A stretch of 64,000 nucleotides of DNA, taken from a virus (taxonomy: Duplodnaviria > Caudoviricetes). A model generated the notes under the pieces. That model ran no database searches. It was given only the letters and a program-made list of their open reading frames with translations, and was not told the origin of the DNA. The DNA lies in IMG/VR virus record IMGVR_UViG_3300028888_000047, positions 253,465-317,464 of that record. One strand, 5' to 3'. Shown here in pieces: positions 30,838 through 39,749 of this stretch (its first letter is position 1; each line of letters begins with the position of its first letter). The translations under genes were made by a program, and so were the position numbers.

Positions 30838-31207
30838 AATTTACAACTTTTACATTTAACCCTTTTTCTTCTGCAATTTTAATCATATGCTCAGTTCCAT
30901 GAGAACTTCCATCCCAAAAAGCAATTAAGCCATCAGCAAGTTCTGCCATTTGTTCATTCCTTCTAAATCCAGCTGATTTTCCATGCTTTTTCCAATCAGC
31001 AGGATAAACTTCCAAGTCCAAATCTTCATCAGAAGCATATTTCTCACCCAATTGGTCAGCACCACGTGCTCCACCACTAACAATAATAACGTTATGTGTT
31101 TTTTTCTTTTCTCGTAGAACTTTATTACAAGTCTCTTTTAATAACTTATAATTGCTAAACCCTCTTGAACCTGCAATAATAACCTTAAAATTTTCTTTTT
31201 TACCCAT
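30824..31207 (-). CDS. SLOG-family protein (YspA/DUF2493-like)
   Basis: VIIAGSR, IVSGGARGAD, ADWKKHGKSAGFRRNEQMA and AFWDGSSHGT. Confidence 0.88.
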   Translation of the reverse strand: MGKKENFKVIIAGSRGFSNYKLLKETCNKVLREKKKTHNVIIVSGGARGADQLGEKYASDEDLDLEVYPADWKKHGKSAGFRRNEQMAELADGLIAFWDGSSHGTEHMIKIAEEKGLNVKVVNYGKV

Positions 31208-31222
31208 AAAATTGCATTTTTA

Positions 31223-31254
31223 CAAATATACAAAAAAATGTTAAAAAAAACAAA
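31223..31254 (-). promoter_or_regulatory. Bacteroidota sigma-A-type promoter (TTTG-N20-TATATTTG)
   Basis: Both elements are present; drives the SLOG / capsid-fragment / rnh unit. Confidence 0.8.
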
Positions 31255-31310
31255 AAAAAGAGGCAAGAAAAAATCTAACCTCTTATTAAAAAATATTTGT
31301 AAAAAATAAA

Positions 31311-32474
31311 TTACCTTACCATTATTCCACTATAAGGCATGGCCTTCATTTTGAGAACGTTCATAAGACTTTCGTTCATATCAGCCTGATTCTTCATTTG
31401 ATTCCAAGGCAACATTCGGTCTAATCGTTCTTTTAACTCGCCCAACACAGCTTCCTTTTCCTGTTTTCCTTGGTCTAACAACATTGAATAATCAAGTTGC
31501 ATTTCAGCTTCAGGTATCTTAACCACTCCGCTTGCATAACCTCTAATATTGCCAAGCAATATCTTCGCCTCAGCTATTAATAAACGTCTTACAATCTGCT
31601 GCGTTGGATAATTAAGCAATTCATAATGCATCTTGCTCAAAGGAACTTGGTCAGGCGTGATTAACAATGTGTCCTTGTTGTCAAGCATACATTGCTCAGT
31701 TGCATCGTTTTCACCGGTGGAAACATCGTAGTAGGTATACCAACAAATACAGTTAATGTATCTACCCCATCCATAAGCATCGTCTGCTGACAATCCTCCA
31801 AGCATATTTTTAGAACCAGGAGTAGACATAAGGTGTACAAGGTGTGTTCCATTTGGCCCAGCTGTTACCTTATAAGCCAAATCGCCTCTTAGAAGTGAGT
31901 TTTTATATTTAAGGTCAGCAGCAAGTAATGCTGTATCATAAGCAGAGCCAACATAGAATCCAATTAAACCCATACCATTCTGATATGTTCCATACTGTCC
32001 CCAACCACCTCCAATACCTGTATCAAGCATTCCTACGTTTCCATATAATGCTGCTTTTGTGGTTGAAGGGGTAATATACATTACTCTGTTTATTTCTCTA
32101 CCTGCAGGAATTACGTACACTTGTTTTCCTTTTTCAATGGTAAAAAAGTCTTTTTTAAGCTCCCACCTTGTTCCGCGTTGCTGAAGACCAACTTCTTTAG
32201 AAAACCACTCTGACCAATCACGTGACCAATCAAGTGTCCTTGTGCTTAACGCAAATGCAAGGTCTGCCGGGTTGTCTATTAATTGGTTTTTACCCATCAT
32301 ATTAAGCCATTGGGATTCGATTACCCAATTTTGCACATATGAAGCATAATCGCCAACACACATTTCAAGAAGGTCGCATAGTTGTTCATCTTCTAACTGA
32401 ACCGGACGAATTGGCGCTCCGCAGCTTGTACGAACTTTCCTAAACAAGTCTTTTATTTCATCTGTTACTATCAT
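31311..32474 (-). CDS. Neck/head-tail connector protein (T4 gp13-like)
   Basis: GAPIRPVQLEDEQL at the N-terminus, and AEAKILLGNIRG...IPEAEMQLDYSMLLDQGKQEKEAV at the C-terminus. Confidence 0.8.
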   Translation of the reverse strand: MIVTDEIKDLFRKVRTSCGAPIRPVQLEDEQLCDLLEMCVGDYASYVQNWVIESQWLNMMGKNQLIDNPADLAFALSTRTLDWSRDWSEWFSKEVGLQQRGTRWELKKDFFTIEKGKQVYVIPAGREINRVMYITPSTTKAALYGNVGMLDTGIGGGWGQYGTYQNGMGLIGFYVGSAYDTALLAADLKYKNSLLRGDLAYKVTAGPNGTHLVHLMSTPGSKNMLGGLSADDAYGWGRYINCICWYTYYDVSTGENDATEQCMLDNKDTLLITPDQVPLSKMHYELLNYPTQQIVRRLLIAEAKILLGNIRGYASGVVKIPEAEMQLDYSMLLDQGKQEKEAVLGELKERLDRMLPWNQMKNQADMNESLMNVLKMKAMPYSGIMVR

Positions 32475-32495
32475 ATTGACAATCTTTTAATTACT

Positions 32496-32509
32496 TATAA
32501 ATATTTATA
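32496..32509. promoter_or_regulatory. Palindromic, bidirectional putative late promoter TATAAATATTTATA
   Basis: Perfect 14-bp palindrome in the 51-bp gap between divergent genes; gives ATATTTATA on both strands. Confidence 0.6.
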
Positions 32510-32525
32510 TAAAAATTAAAATTGC

Positions 32526-33344
32526 ATGAAAGGTATAATATTAAATGAATCTATTATAAAAAAGGCTTTACGTGAGTCCATTAATGAAATGATGGATGAG
32601 GATAGGATTGAAAATCAGGATGGGACTGTTGAGGTTGATAATTTTGAAGCATTAAAAGAGATAATAAAGTTTGAAAATCCAGGAGATACATTATATTTTA
32701 TACAGATAAAGAAAAGAGATAAGGATAATCCCGGACAACATTCAAAATTCCAAGCAGCAATGCACTTGAAGGAATATTATATTAAATCTCTTCAGGAATT
32801 TGATGCAGCAGAACCAGAAATAAAGGACATTTGCAAGCGTGAAAGTGCTCGCGCTTATATATGGCTTAATGCAAGGTCTAAAGCCATTGTGGATAGGTAC
32901 ACTCAACGAAATATGGATTATTGGAAACGTCATCCTCGTGAAGGCTACAAATACGGCTGGAAGGCTCAAGCTCTTGCTGCTGCCAAAAGTCTTGATATAG
33001 ATGATAGACCTTTATGTTTTGTTGACGTAGATTCTGATGACCAAAATGATATAAATATGGCCATGCAAATCATACAAAGAGCAGGAATTAAGCCGTTATA
33101 TGCTTATAGAAGTTTAAATAATGGAATTCATATAATATTACCAAATAAAGAAGATGCAAAGAAACTTGATTTTTCGCCCATTAACGGTAACTTACAAGGT
33201 ATGGGAAGAAAGGTTCAAATGAACGCAAAGGTTGGTATCGAAATTGATAAACCCGCTTTGCTTTATGCGTGCCTTGTTCCACAGGGATATGGAAAACAAC
33301 AAGCAAGATTCGCAAAATTCACAGGACAAAATAAAAAACCATAA
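32526..33344 (+). CDS. AEP (archaeo-eukaryotic primase/PrimPol)-like protein with a putative capsid-targeting leader
   Basis: hhhDxD (LCFVDVD) and S-x-x-x-G-x-H-hh (SLNNGIHII) resemble AEP motifs I and II; leader ILNES...LRESINE. Confidence 0.55.
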   Translation: MKGIILNESIIKKALRESINEMMDEDRIENQDGTVEVDNFEALKEIIKFENPGDTLYFIQIKKRDKDNPGQHSKFQAAMHLKEYYIKSLQEFDAAEPEIKDICKRESARAYIWLNARSKAIVDRYTQRNMDYWKRHPREGYKYGWKAQALAAAKSLDIDDRPLCFVDVDSDDQNDINMAMQIIQRAGIKPLYAYRSLNNGIHIILPNKEDAKKLDFSPINGNLQGMGRKVQMNAKVGIEIDKPALLYACLVPQGYGKQQARFAKFTGQNKKP

Positions 33345-33347
33345 GTT

Positions 33348-34055
33348 ATGAAAAAGATAATATTAAACGAGAATTCTTTTAAGCTTTTCAAGAAGTTTTT
33401 GGTTAATGAAATAGTATTACCTAAAGGCGTTTCTTTTTGTACCAACCCAAAGGATGAAATATTTTATAAAACTTGTTTAAAAAAATTAGATAACATACCT
33501 AATTTAAGAACAGATAAATATAAGGACTACGACCTTGAAAATGCTTATAATGAGTGGGCTAAAACAGGTTTTTCAAAAGATTCTTTTGAATATAGAACAT
33601 GGTGTGGCTTATTAAAAAACTACATGGATTACCTAAGCACAAGTATCAATTTTGTTAAATTCAATAAGGTTGATAGAATTGGTGATGCAAGAGCACATTA
33701 TGTTTTTGTTGACCCAAAATGGGTGGAAAAAATGAATGATGGAAAAGAAGACTATCAAGGCATATTTTCTTTAACATTAAAAATATATCAAAACAAGGTA
33801 ATATGGAATGATTTATTTTTTAATCCAATATTTGAAACTTTAAAAAACGAAATTAAAGAGATAAGAAAATTTGCAACGATAAAAAGAAAATTGGATAAAA
33901 AATACGATTTACTATTGCCTTTGGAAGAATATATCGAAATAGGTAAATTCATGTCAGACGAAAATAACGCAAAACCTGAACTGTTTTATGATAATAACAC
34001 TAATTATTCCCAGGATTTAACCGTAAATAACGATGAATTTAACTGGGGCGGATAA
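33348..34055 (+). CDS. Hypothetical, putative internal head protein
   Basis: Leader MKKIILNEN...LVNE; C-terminus DEFNWGG. Confidence 0.5.
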   Translation: MKKIILNENSFKLFKKFLVNEIVLPKGVSFCTNPKDEIFYKTCLKKLDNIPNLRTDKYKDYDLENAYNEWAKTGFSKDSFEYRTWCGLLKNYMDYLSTSINFVKFNKVDRIGDARAHYVFVDPKWVEKMNDGKEDYQGIFSLTLKIYQNKVIWNDLFFNPIFETLKNEIKEIRKFATIKRKLDKKYDLLLPLEEYIEIGKFMSDENNAKPELFYDNNTNYSQDLTVNNDEFNWGG

Positions 34056-34069
34056 ACAACAATAAATAA

Positions 34070-35629
34070 ATGGCTAAATTATTAAAATTTGGAGTAGGAT
34101 ATATACCAAAGAAGGTTTTTAAAAATAATAAAACTGGTGAAAAAGAAGAAAAAAGCTGCGTAAGTCTTGCCTTATTTTCAGATTTAAGGTCAGGTGCTGC
34201 TGCATTTCCTCAAATACAAAGTTTTATGAGGGATAACGCGACATTGGATAAAAAAGATGGCACTATATTCATTACCATACCTGAAGATAAGTTTGAAATC
34301 TTTGCAAAGGGTAAATTATTGGAAAGAATTTTATCAACATTTGAACAAACCACAGGATATGTTGCTGATTCTAAAGACATTTCAGAATTGGTTCAAAGAT
34401 TTAACATTGCCAAGGACGAGGTTTTAAACTCTAATAAATCAGATTTAGACGCTATTACAAGCCAATATCTTGAAGACCTTATATCAGGAATAGAAAGGGA
34501 CTTTAATGACCCAAGATTCCAACAAATTATGAACTCAATTCATACGTTCTCTTATAGTAGTATGGGCGGCGGAATAAACAATGTTCAAGGTTCATATAAT
34601 GATAGTGACGTGGTGCTTAAAGAAACCAAACTATCGGTTGAAAATGTTATTAGAGTACTTTCACAATGGCATAAAGCAGGAAGACCTGGTATTCCTACAT
34701 ATCTTGCAACAGAAAATCAATGGCATAGATATTTCAACGGTACTGTTAAACAAGATGCGTTGAAGTTATATGTCGTTAGACCTGATAAAGTAAATGGAGT
34801 ATCTACAAATACTGTTACAAGACAATTAGGAATTGACCCAAATTCTGCCACGTCAGGAGGCGCAATAGGTAGAGGTGTTAATTCAATAGCAAGAGGCGGT
34901 GGTATGGATAAATGGCGTGGAACACAAGAAGCATATGCAATGACTTGTTATTACGACATATCTGACGTTGATGGCGTTGACCCAAATCTTTTAACCGGTA
35001 ATACAGCAAATTATTATGACCCAAATACAGTTACAGCAGATACAACAGATGCTGACACAGGCGATATTGTAACTCAAGACGCACAGCAAAACGATATAGT
35101 CAATGATAATCAACCAATGACAGAAGATTTGCTTAGAAAGAAGCTTTTGAAATATGCCGCTGATAATAAAATAGATGGTATACAATTAGCCATTCAAAGA
35201 GACGGCACAATTGGTGGTCTTGTTTTCATGATTAATCACTTAAAAGCTGTATTCCGTAATCGTAATGCAGAAGAAAAGAAAGCTACAGCTGAACAAATAT
35301 TATTCGTTGTTTTGAAACACTATAATATATTTGAAGATGAGATTAATCAGCTTTATAAGAAGTTTATTTCCAAACTTAGAACGCCAAAAGGAAAGGTTAA
35401 TGAGAAATTAATATATGATATTTGGTCATTCGCGTATGATATTATTTCAAAACTTGATTCAATCAATGAAGAACAAGGAGGTTCATTAACATTAATGGAT
35501 GTCATTGGCTATCTTGGATTTACTGTTGATGAATTTAAAAGAATGCCAAAAACAGAGGAAGAAGCTAATATGATGATGAATGGCGTCAGAGAATCTTTTA
35601 TAAAAACATTTAATAAGTTGTTAATTTAG
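34070..35629 (+). CDS. Protein with an ArdC-N-like ssDNA-binding (antirestriction-type) domain
   Basis: LSVENVIRVLSQ...PTYLATENQWHRYFNGTVKQDALKLYVVRP...YYDISDV follows the ArdC-N pattern (S-x-x-N...Q...T-x-x-QW...V-K...P...F/YDIS). Confidence 0.6.
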   Translation: MAKLLKFGVGYIPKKVFKNNKTGEKEEKSCVSLALFSDLRSGAAAFPQIQSFMRDNATLDKKDGTIFITIPEDKFEIFAKGKLLERILSTFEQTTGYVADSKDISELVQRFNIAKDEVLNSNKSDLDAITSQYLEDLISGIERDFNDPRFQQIMNSIHTFSYSSMGGGINNVQGSYNDSDVVLKETKLSVENVIRVLSQWHKAGRPGIPTYLATENQWHRYFNGTVKQDALKLYVVRPDKVNGVSTNTVTRQLGIDPNSATSGGAIGRGVNSIARGGGMDKWRGTQEAYAMTCYYDISDVDGVDPNLLTGNTANYYDPNTVTADTTDADTGDIVTQDAQQNDIVNDNQPMTEDLLRKKLLKYAADNKIDGIQLAIQRDGTIGGLVFMINHLKAVFRNRNAEEKKATAEQILFVVLKHYNIFEDEINQLYKKFISKLRTPKGKVNEKLIYDIWSFAYDIISKLDSINEEQGGSLTLMDVIGYLGFTVDEFKRMPKTEEEANMMMNGVRESFIKTFNKLLI

Positions 35630-35631
35630 GC

Positions 35632-36801
35632 ATGGATAAAAATATATTATTAAAAGCGTTGGAAAAACAAAAATTGACTGAAGAAATCGTAAATAGGGAT
35701 GAAATATATGTTTATCACTGCGCAAAATACGAAACACTTCAATCAATAGGAGAAGTTGGCTTTGAAAGATATTTCACAGCTGGCGGTGTTGGTAATGCTT
35801 ATGGCCCAGGTATATATTCAACATTTGATTTGGATAGCAGCATAGTTAATGCCAAAAGAGCTGAATATGGAAATGTAATTCTAAAATGCAGAATTAAATC
35901 TTTAAGAAATTTCCTTATATACACACCAGATGTTGCAAAACAAATATATGGAAGAAGTGACGTTGATTTTCAATTAAGAAAAATCCTTAATCCCGATGAT
36001 TATAAAAAATTAAAAGCAGAAGGAAGAACGCCCAACACAAGGTTTTGGATGGTTGGTGATAATATTTATAAACTAATTATAAATGACCCTTCACTTGGCA
36101 TTCAATATACATCTTATTGCTGCCATGCTGCTGACTGGTACGGAGGAAAAAATCCTTCATTTGATAATTCAATTGATGGTTTTATATTTAAAGGTCCACA
36201 TGATGGATATGTTTGCATTATCAGAGACTTTAAGATTGTGTATCCCGTTGAAATCAGCTTTAGTGTTAGAAATGGGGAATATTATAGAACCGGTGAGGTT
36301 AAATTTGAACCATTTAAAACACATGAGTTCTTTGAGGACTTTGCCAAAAATGATGTTGACTTGGTAAGACAATTGAAAAAATTAAATATGCTGAACCAAT
36401 TTGACACATATACTTGTCCAAAATGCGGTGGTGATGGGCATACTTGTAATGGTTCTTATTGTGCAGCTTGTTTTGGAACGGGACAGAAACATAAAGTACC
36501 TGAATATTTTTCAAACAACTTTGCAAGAGTTGAAATTGGCGGAAAATATAATTATCTGTATAGAAAGAATTATACGCATGGAGTTATTTCTCCGGTCGGA
36601 TTCGATGAAGCGCCATTAACATTTGATAAAAATAATCAAGCGTTGGTTAAATATAACGGGCAAAACCTAATTATTAAATTAACAGAACCGCCAATAAGAT
36701 TTTCAGTGTATACACCCGAAGGAGAATATCTATGCAATCTAAAACAACTTGATACATACTTTAATGAAATTGAAAGCGATGATGACTTTGATTGGGGTTA
36801 A
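35632..36801 (+). CDS. PARP-like (H-Y clade) ADP-ribosyltransferase with a DnaJ-type Zn finger and a WG-repeat-like segment
   Basis: YVYHC, GNAYGPGIYST and YGNVILKC; CPKCGGDG...CAACFGTG; FSNNFARVEIGGKYNYL; C-terminus DDDFDWG. Confidence 0.65.
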   Translation: MDKNILLKALEKQKLTEEIVNRDEIYVYHCAKYETLQSIGEVGFERYFTAGGVGNAYGPGIYSTFDLDSSIVNAKRAEYGNVILKCRIKSLRNFLIYTPDVAKQIYGRSDVDFQLRKILNPDDYKKLKAEGRTPNTRFWMVGDNIYKLIINDPSLGIQYTSYCCHAADWYGGKNPSFDNSIDGFIFKGPHDGYVCIIRDFKIVYPVEISFSVRNGEYYRTGEVKFEPFKTHEFFEDFAKNDVDLVRQLKKLNMLNQFDTYTCPKCGGDGHTCNGSYCAACFGTGQKHKVPEYFSNNFARVEIGGKYNYLYRKNYTHGVISPVGFDEAPLTFDKNNQALVKYNGQNLIIKLTEPPIRFSVYTPEGEYLCNLKQLDTYFNEIESDDDFDWG

Positions 36802-36807
36802 ATAATA

Positions 36808-36835
36808 AAAGGTAGTGAAACTAATCACTACCTTT
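36808..36835 (+). terminator. Intrinsic terminator of the + strand cassette
   Basis: 11-bp stem AAAGGTAGTGA/TCACTACCTTT followed by ATTTTT. Confidence 0.75.
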
Positions 36836-36861
36836 ATTTTTCAATAAATATAAACTAAATT

Positions 36862-36884
36862 ACCGGCGGATTTTTTCCGCCGGT
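36862..36884 (-). terminator. Stem-loop terminator after uvsX
   Basis: GC-rich 9-bp stem ACCGGCGGA/TCCGCCGGT next to the stop codon; convergent gene junction. Confidence 0.7.
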
Positions 36885-36887
36885 TTA

Positions 36888-38087
36888 TTATTCCTCTATT
36901 GTTTCACTCTCTGTAAATTCAATATCAGCTTCTACAATATCAGATGGTTTATTTTCATCACCATTCCTTAATTTCTCCAACTGCTCCAAAATGTATTTAA
37001 CATTTTCCTTTTTATATTTGTCAATATCATTTTCTGAAATTAATCCATTATGAACGCAAGCCATACTACCAGTATATGTGACATTCCAAGGCGTTGGTAA
37101 TTGGTTCTTTGTTACTTTTGCCTTTGTAATAATACCATATTTGAACTCTTCACCTTTAGCGGTCGCCTTTAACTCTTTAACAGCAGATTTAGCGATTCCA
37201 CCCAGGTGGATGATTAATCTTGCCCCATAAAACATGGTTTTTCCGCCTTTTAACTCAATTGATGGCACACCACCCATAGAATTCATAGAATCATTCCATA
37301 TCTTGTTTACACAAAAGAATGTATTAGTATATGGTTCACTTACTTTTCTTGATAATGGAATTCTATTATTAATGATGTTATTAAACGCTTGTGATATTGC
37401 ACCTGCATCGAAAAGGTTATTACCGCTTTTACTAGTATATGACTTAAAAGACTGTATAGAACCTATACTATCCCATATAAAACAAAGCGGGAATGGACAT
37501 TCTCCATTTTCTTGCTTATCGAGGAAGTCATTAATGGAATATGCAATATCTTCAAGAACAGCTTCTTTTCTTTCCTTTGACGTTTCCTTCCCTGCTGAAT
37601 AGTCCATTTTTCCATGTTTCTTAGCTAAGCCTTTATTATCAAGGAAAACGAAGAATCCTTTATAGTTTCTAATTCCATTCTTTACTTCTCCAGTTTCATC
37701 ATCAACAATATCTCCATAGACTGGTTCGGCTTGAACACCACAATCAATTGCATATTTCCAGTCAAAATTACCTTCTGTTTCATAAATAATTGGAAGAATT
37801 CCTTCCCTTTGGCAAGCTGCAATGAGACAGTTCTTAATTGTTGACTTTCCAGTGTTTGACCAACCTGTTGCAATTGTTAAATATCCCTTTGGAATTCCTG
37901 GTAATTTAAGTGCGTCTTCAAATGCTTTTGGTAAAACAATAAATTCAGTTTCTTTTTCTGCACTTGACATTTTAAGTTCACTCATTTTTATTGGTTCTTT
38001 TGTTTCTTCAACATCAAACCCCCAACTTTTTTTCAGTTCATCAATGTTTGGTTTTGTAAAAACCTTCTTTTTTATCGCTTGTTTCAT
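36888..38087 (-). CDS. uvsX: RecA/UvsX-like recombinase
   Basis: LPGIPKG, Walker A GWSNTGKST, YETEG, Walker B FIWDSIG, KGGKTMFY and VTKNQL. Start set at MKQAIKK to avoid overlap with tdk. Confidence 0.88.
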   Translation of the reverse strand: MKQAIKKKVFTKPNIDELKKSWGFDVEETKEPIKMSELKMSSAEKETEFIVLPKAFEDALKLPGIPKGYLTIATGWSNTGKSTIKNCLIAACQREGILPIIYETEGNFDWKYAIDCGVQAEPVYGDIVDDETGEVKNGIRNYKGFFVFLDNKGLAKKHGKMDYSAGKETSKERKEAVLEDIAYSINDFLDKQENGECPFPLCFIWDSIGSIQSFKSYTSKSGNNLFDAGAISQAFNNIINNRIPLSRKVSEPYTNTFFCVNKIWNDSMNSMGGVPSIELKGGKTMFYGARLIIHLGGIAKSAVKELKATAKGEEFKYGIITKAKVTKNQLPTPWNVTYTGSMACVHNGLISENDIDKYKKENVKYILEQLEKLRNGDENKPSDIVEADIEFTESETIEE

Positions 38088-38095
38088 AACTATTT

Positions 38096-38698
38096 TTATT
38101 TTTCTCTTATTAATTTCTTCCAACATTTTCTACATATCGCATGATACAAGTCATCGCCTCCTACAAGTATTTGACTGCCTTCGGTTATAATTTTACCATC
38201 TTTACTAAACCTAGCGTTTATAGAAGCTTTTTCGCCACAATCACACGATGATTTAACCTCATGTATCTCATCAGCAATTTCAAATAATCTTTTTGAAGCC
38301 GGAAATAATTTTGATTTGAAATCAGTTCTTAAACCATAACAAATAACATTTATATCAAGAAAATCAACAATATCAGTCAATTGGTCAACTTGTTCTTCGG
38401 TTAGGAATTGGCATTCATCAATAAAAATCCATTTAAGATGTTTATCAAGATTTTCCTCTTCACGTTCCTTAACATATTCATTGATAACATCAAATATATT
38501 GATATTTGGTTCAATTGAAATGCATTCCCTTTCAAGCCCTGCTCTTGATTTAATAACGTTTTTTCCATCCCTTGTATCTGCTGATGGTTTAAAAACCAAT
38601 ATTGGTATGTTCTTTTCATCGAAATCATGAGCCGCTGCTAACAGCCTTAACGACTTCGATGAACTCATAACACCGTGATAATAATAAATCTTCGACAT
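38096..38698 (-). CDS. tdk: Thymidine kinase
   Basis: GVMSSSKS, IKSRAG, FIDECQFL, YGLRTDF, and the Zn site CDC...YHAICRKC. Confidence 0.95.
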   Translation of the reverse strand: MSKIYYYHGVMSSSKSLRLLAAAHDFDEKNIPILVFKPSADTRDGKNVIKSRAGLERECISIEPNINIFDVINEYVKEREEENLDKHLKWIFIDECQFLTEEQVDQLTDIVDFLDINVICYGLRTDFKSKLFPASKRLFEIADEIHEVKSSCDCGEKASINARFSKDGKIITEGSQILVGGDDLYHAICRKCWKKLIREK

Positions 38699-38713
38699 TT
38701 ATTAATTTTTTAC

Positions 38714-39700
38714 TTAAAATGGTAAATCATCACCATCCATTATTACACCACCAAAGTTTTCTTCAGTTGGTTCTTGTTTTGGAAAATCTGAAAAGTCTTT
38801 CTTATGTTCAGTTAGATTTTCTTTTAATTCTTCCTCTTCAGCTTTTTTATCTTCCTCTGCTTTCTCAGCACTATCAACATACTTGTTTTTATTCTTATCA
38901 AAAACAGGAATTCCACCCTTTATGACAATTTCCATATACTCATATGGTTTAACAGTATAAACCTCATTCCATTGTTTTGGGTCATTAATCCAAGCCATTC
39001 CTTGTTCATAAGAATCTGTTAATGGTGTTTTTTCCTCATCGTCAACAACCTTTGTAACAGTCTTTCCATTTTGGTCTCTTGTTAACGTAATGATTAAGTC
39101 CTTTCCATCGTTTACATCAAAGATATTGCTTTCCTTGCCCTTTCTTTCTGCTGCCTTTTTCCTTTCAAAGTAGATATTAAGAATTTTATCATAAACTCCA
39201 TCTTTCTTTGCTGAATCATTGAAAAGCCAAAACTTTGGACCATCTTCCTCATGTTCGCGTTCAATACAACGTACAATCCACGCTGCCTTTGCTCGATTCA
39301 TGAATTCAATATCACCATACTTTTTCTTTTCAACCTCATTTGTTATTTCATTTCTTAATTTCTTTGCTTCAGCGGAAACTTCACAGAATGGACATTTATC
39401 ACCCATTTTGTTGTGTATTGGGCATACAAAAGTACGCCAACCTCCGGGACTTAATTCCTTGTTGACTTTAACTGTGTGAATAGAAACTTTTTTGAATGGA
39501 CTACCACCTTCTGGGGAAAACGGTAATAATCTAATTGTAAGTGTTTTTGATTTCTCTCCAGGTCTTAATCTTGCCTGAAGATAATTCTTTTCATTGAATT
39601 CTGTTTTCTTTTTAGTTGTTGTAGTTGCTGCATGCTCTCTTGCATACTGTTCTGCTACTGCATCTGCATCGATGTTTGCGGTTAAAATTTTTTCTGCCAT
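38714..39700 (-). CDS. Single-stranded DNA-binding protein (T4 gp32-like)
   Basis: IRLLP...PF...H...CP...CPFC Zn motif, IFDVNDGKDL, and acidic tail DDLPF. Confidence 0.85.
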   Translation of the reverse strand: MAEKILTANIDADAVAEQYAREHAATTTTKKKTEFNEKNYLQARLRPGEKSKTLTIRLLPFSPEGGSPFKKVSIHTVKVNKELSPGGWRTFVCPIHNKMGDKCPFCEVSAEAKKLRNEITNEVEKKKYGDIEFMNRAKAAWIVRCIEREHEEDGPKFWLFNDSAKKDGVYDKILNIYFERKKAAERKGKESNIFDVNDGKDLIITLTRDQNGKTVTKVVDDEEKTPLTDSYEQGMAWINDPKQWNEVYTVKPYEYMEIVIKGGIPVFDKNKNKYVDSAEKAEEDKKAEEEELKENLTEHKKDFSDFPKQEPTEENFGGVIMDGDDLPF

Positions 39701-39749
39701 ATTATTAAATTATTAAAAATGCATCATAAGATGCTTAAATTCACTATTA

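Noticed and set aside
36843-36851. ATATTTATT motif pointing antisense into the ART gene
   Set aside because: It lies between two terminators in AT-rich DNA with no downstream ORF; likely chance.
24223-38087. Inteins or introns in nrdD, helicase and uvsX
   Set aside because: Lengths and motif spacing are normal; no intein splice motifs or reading-frame breaks seen.
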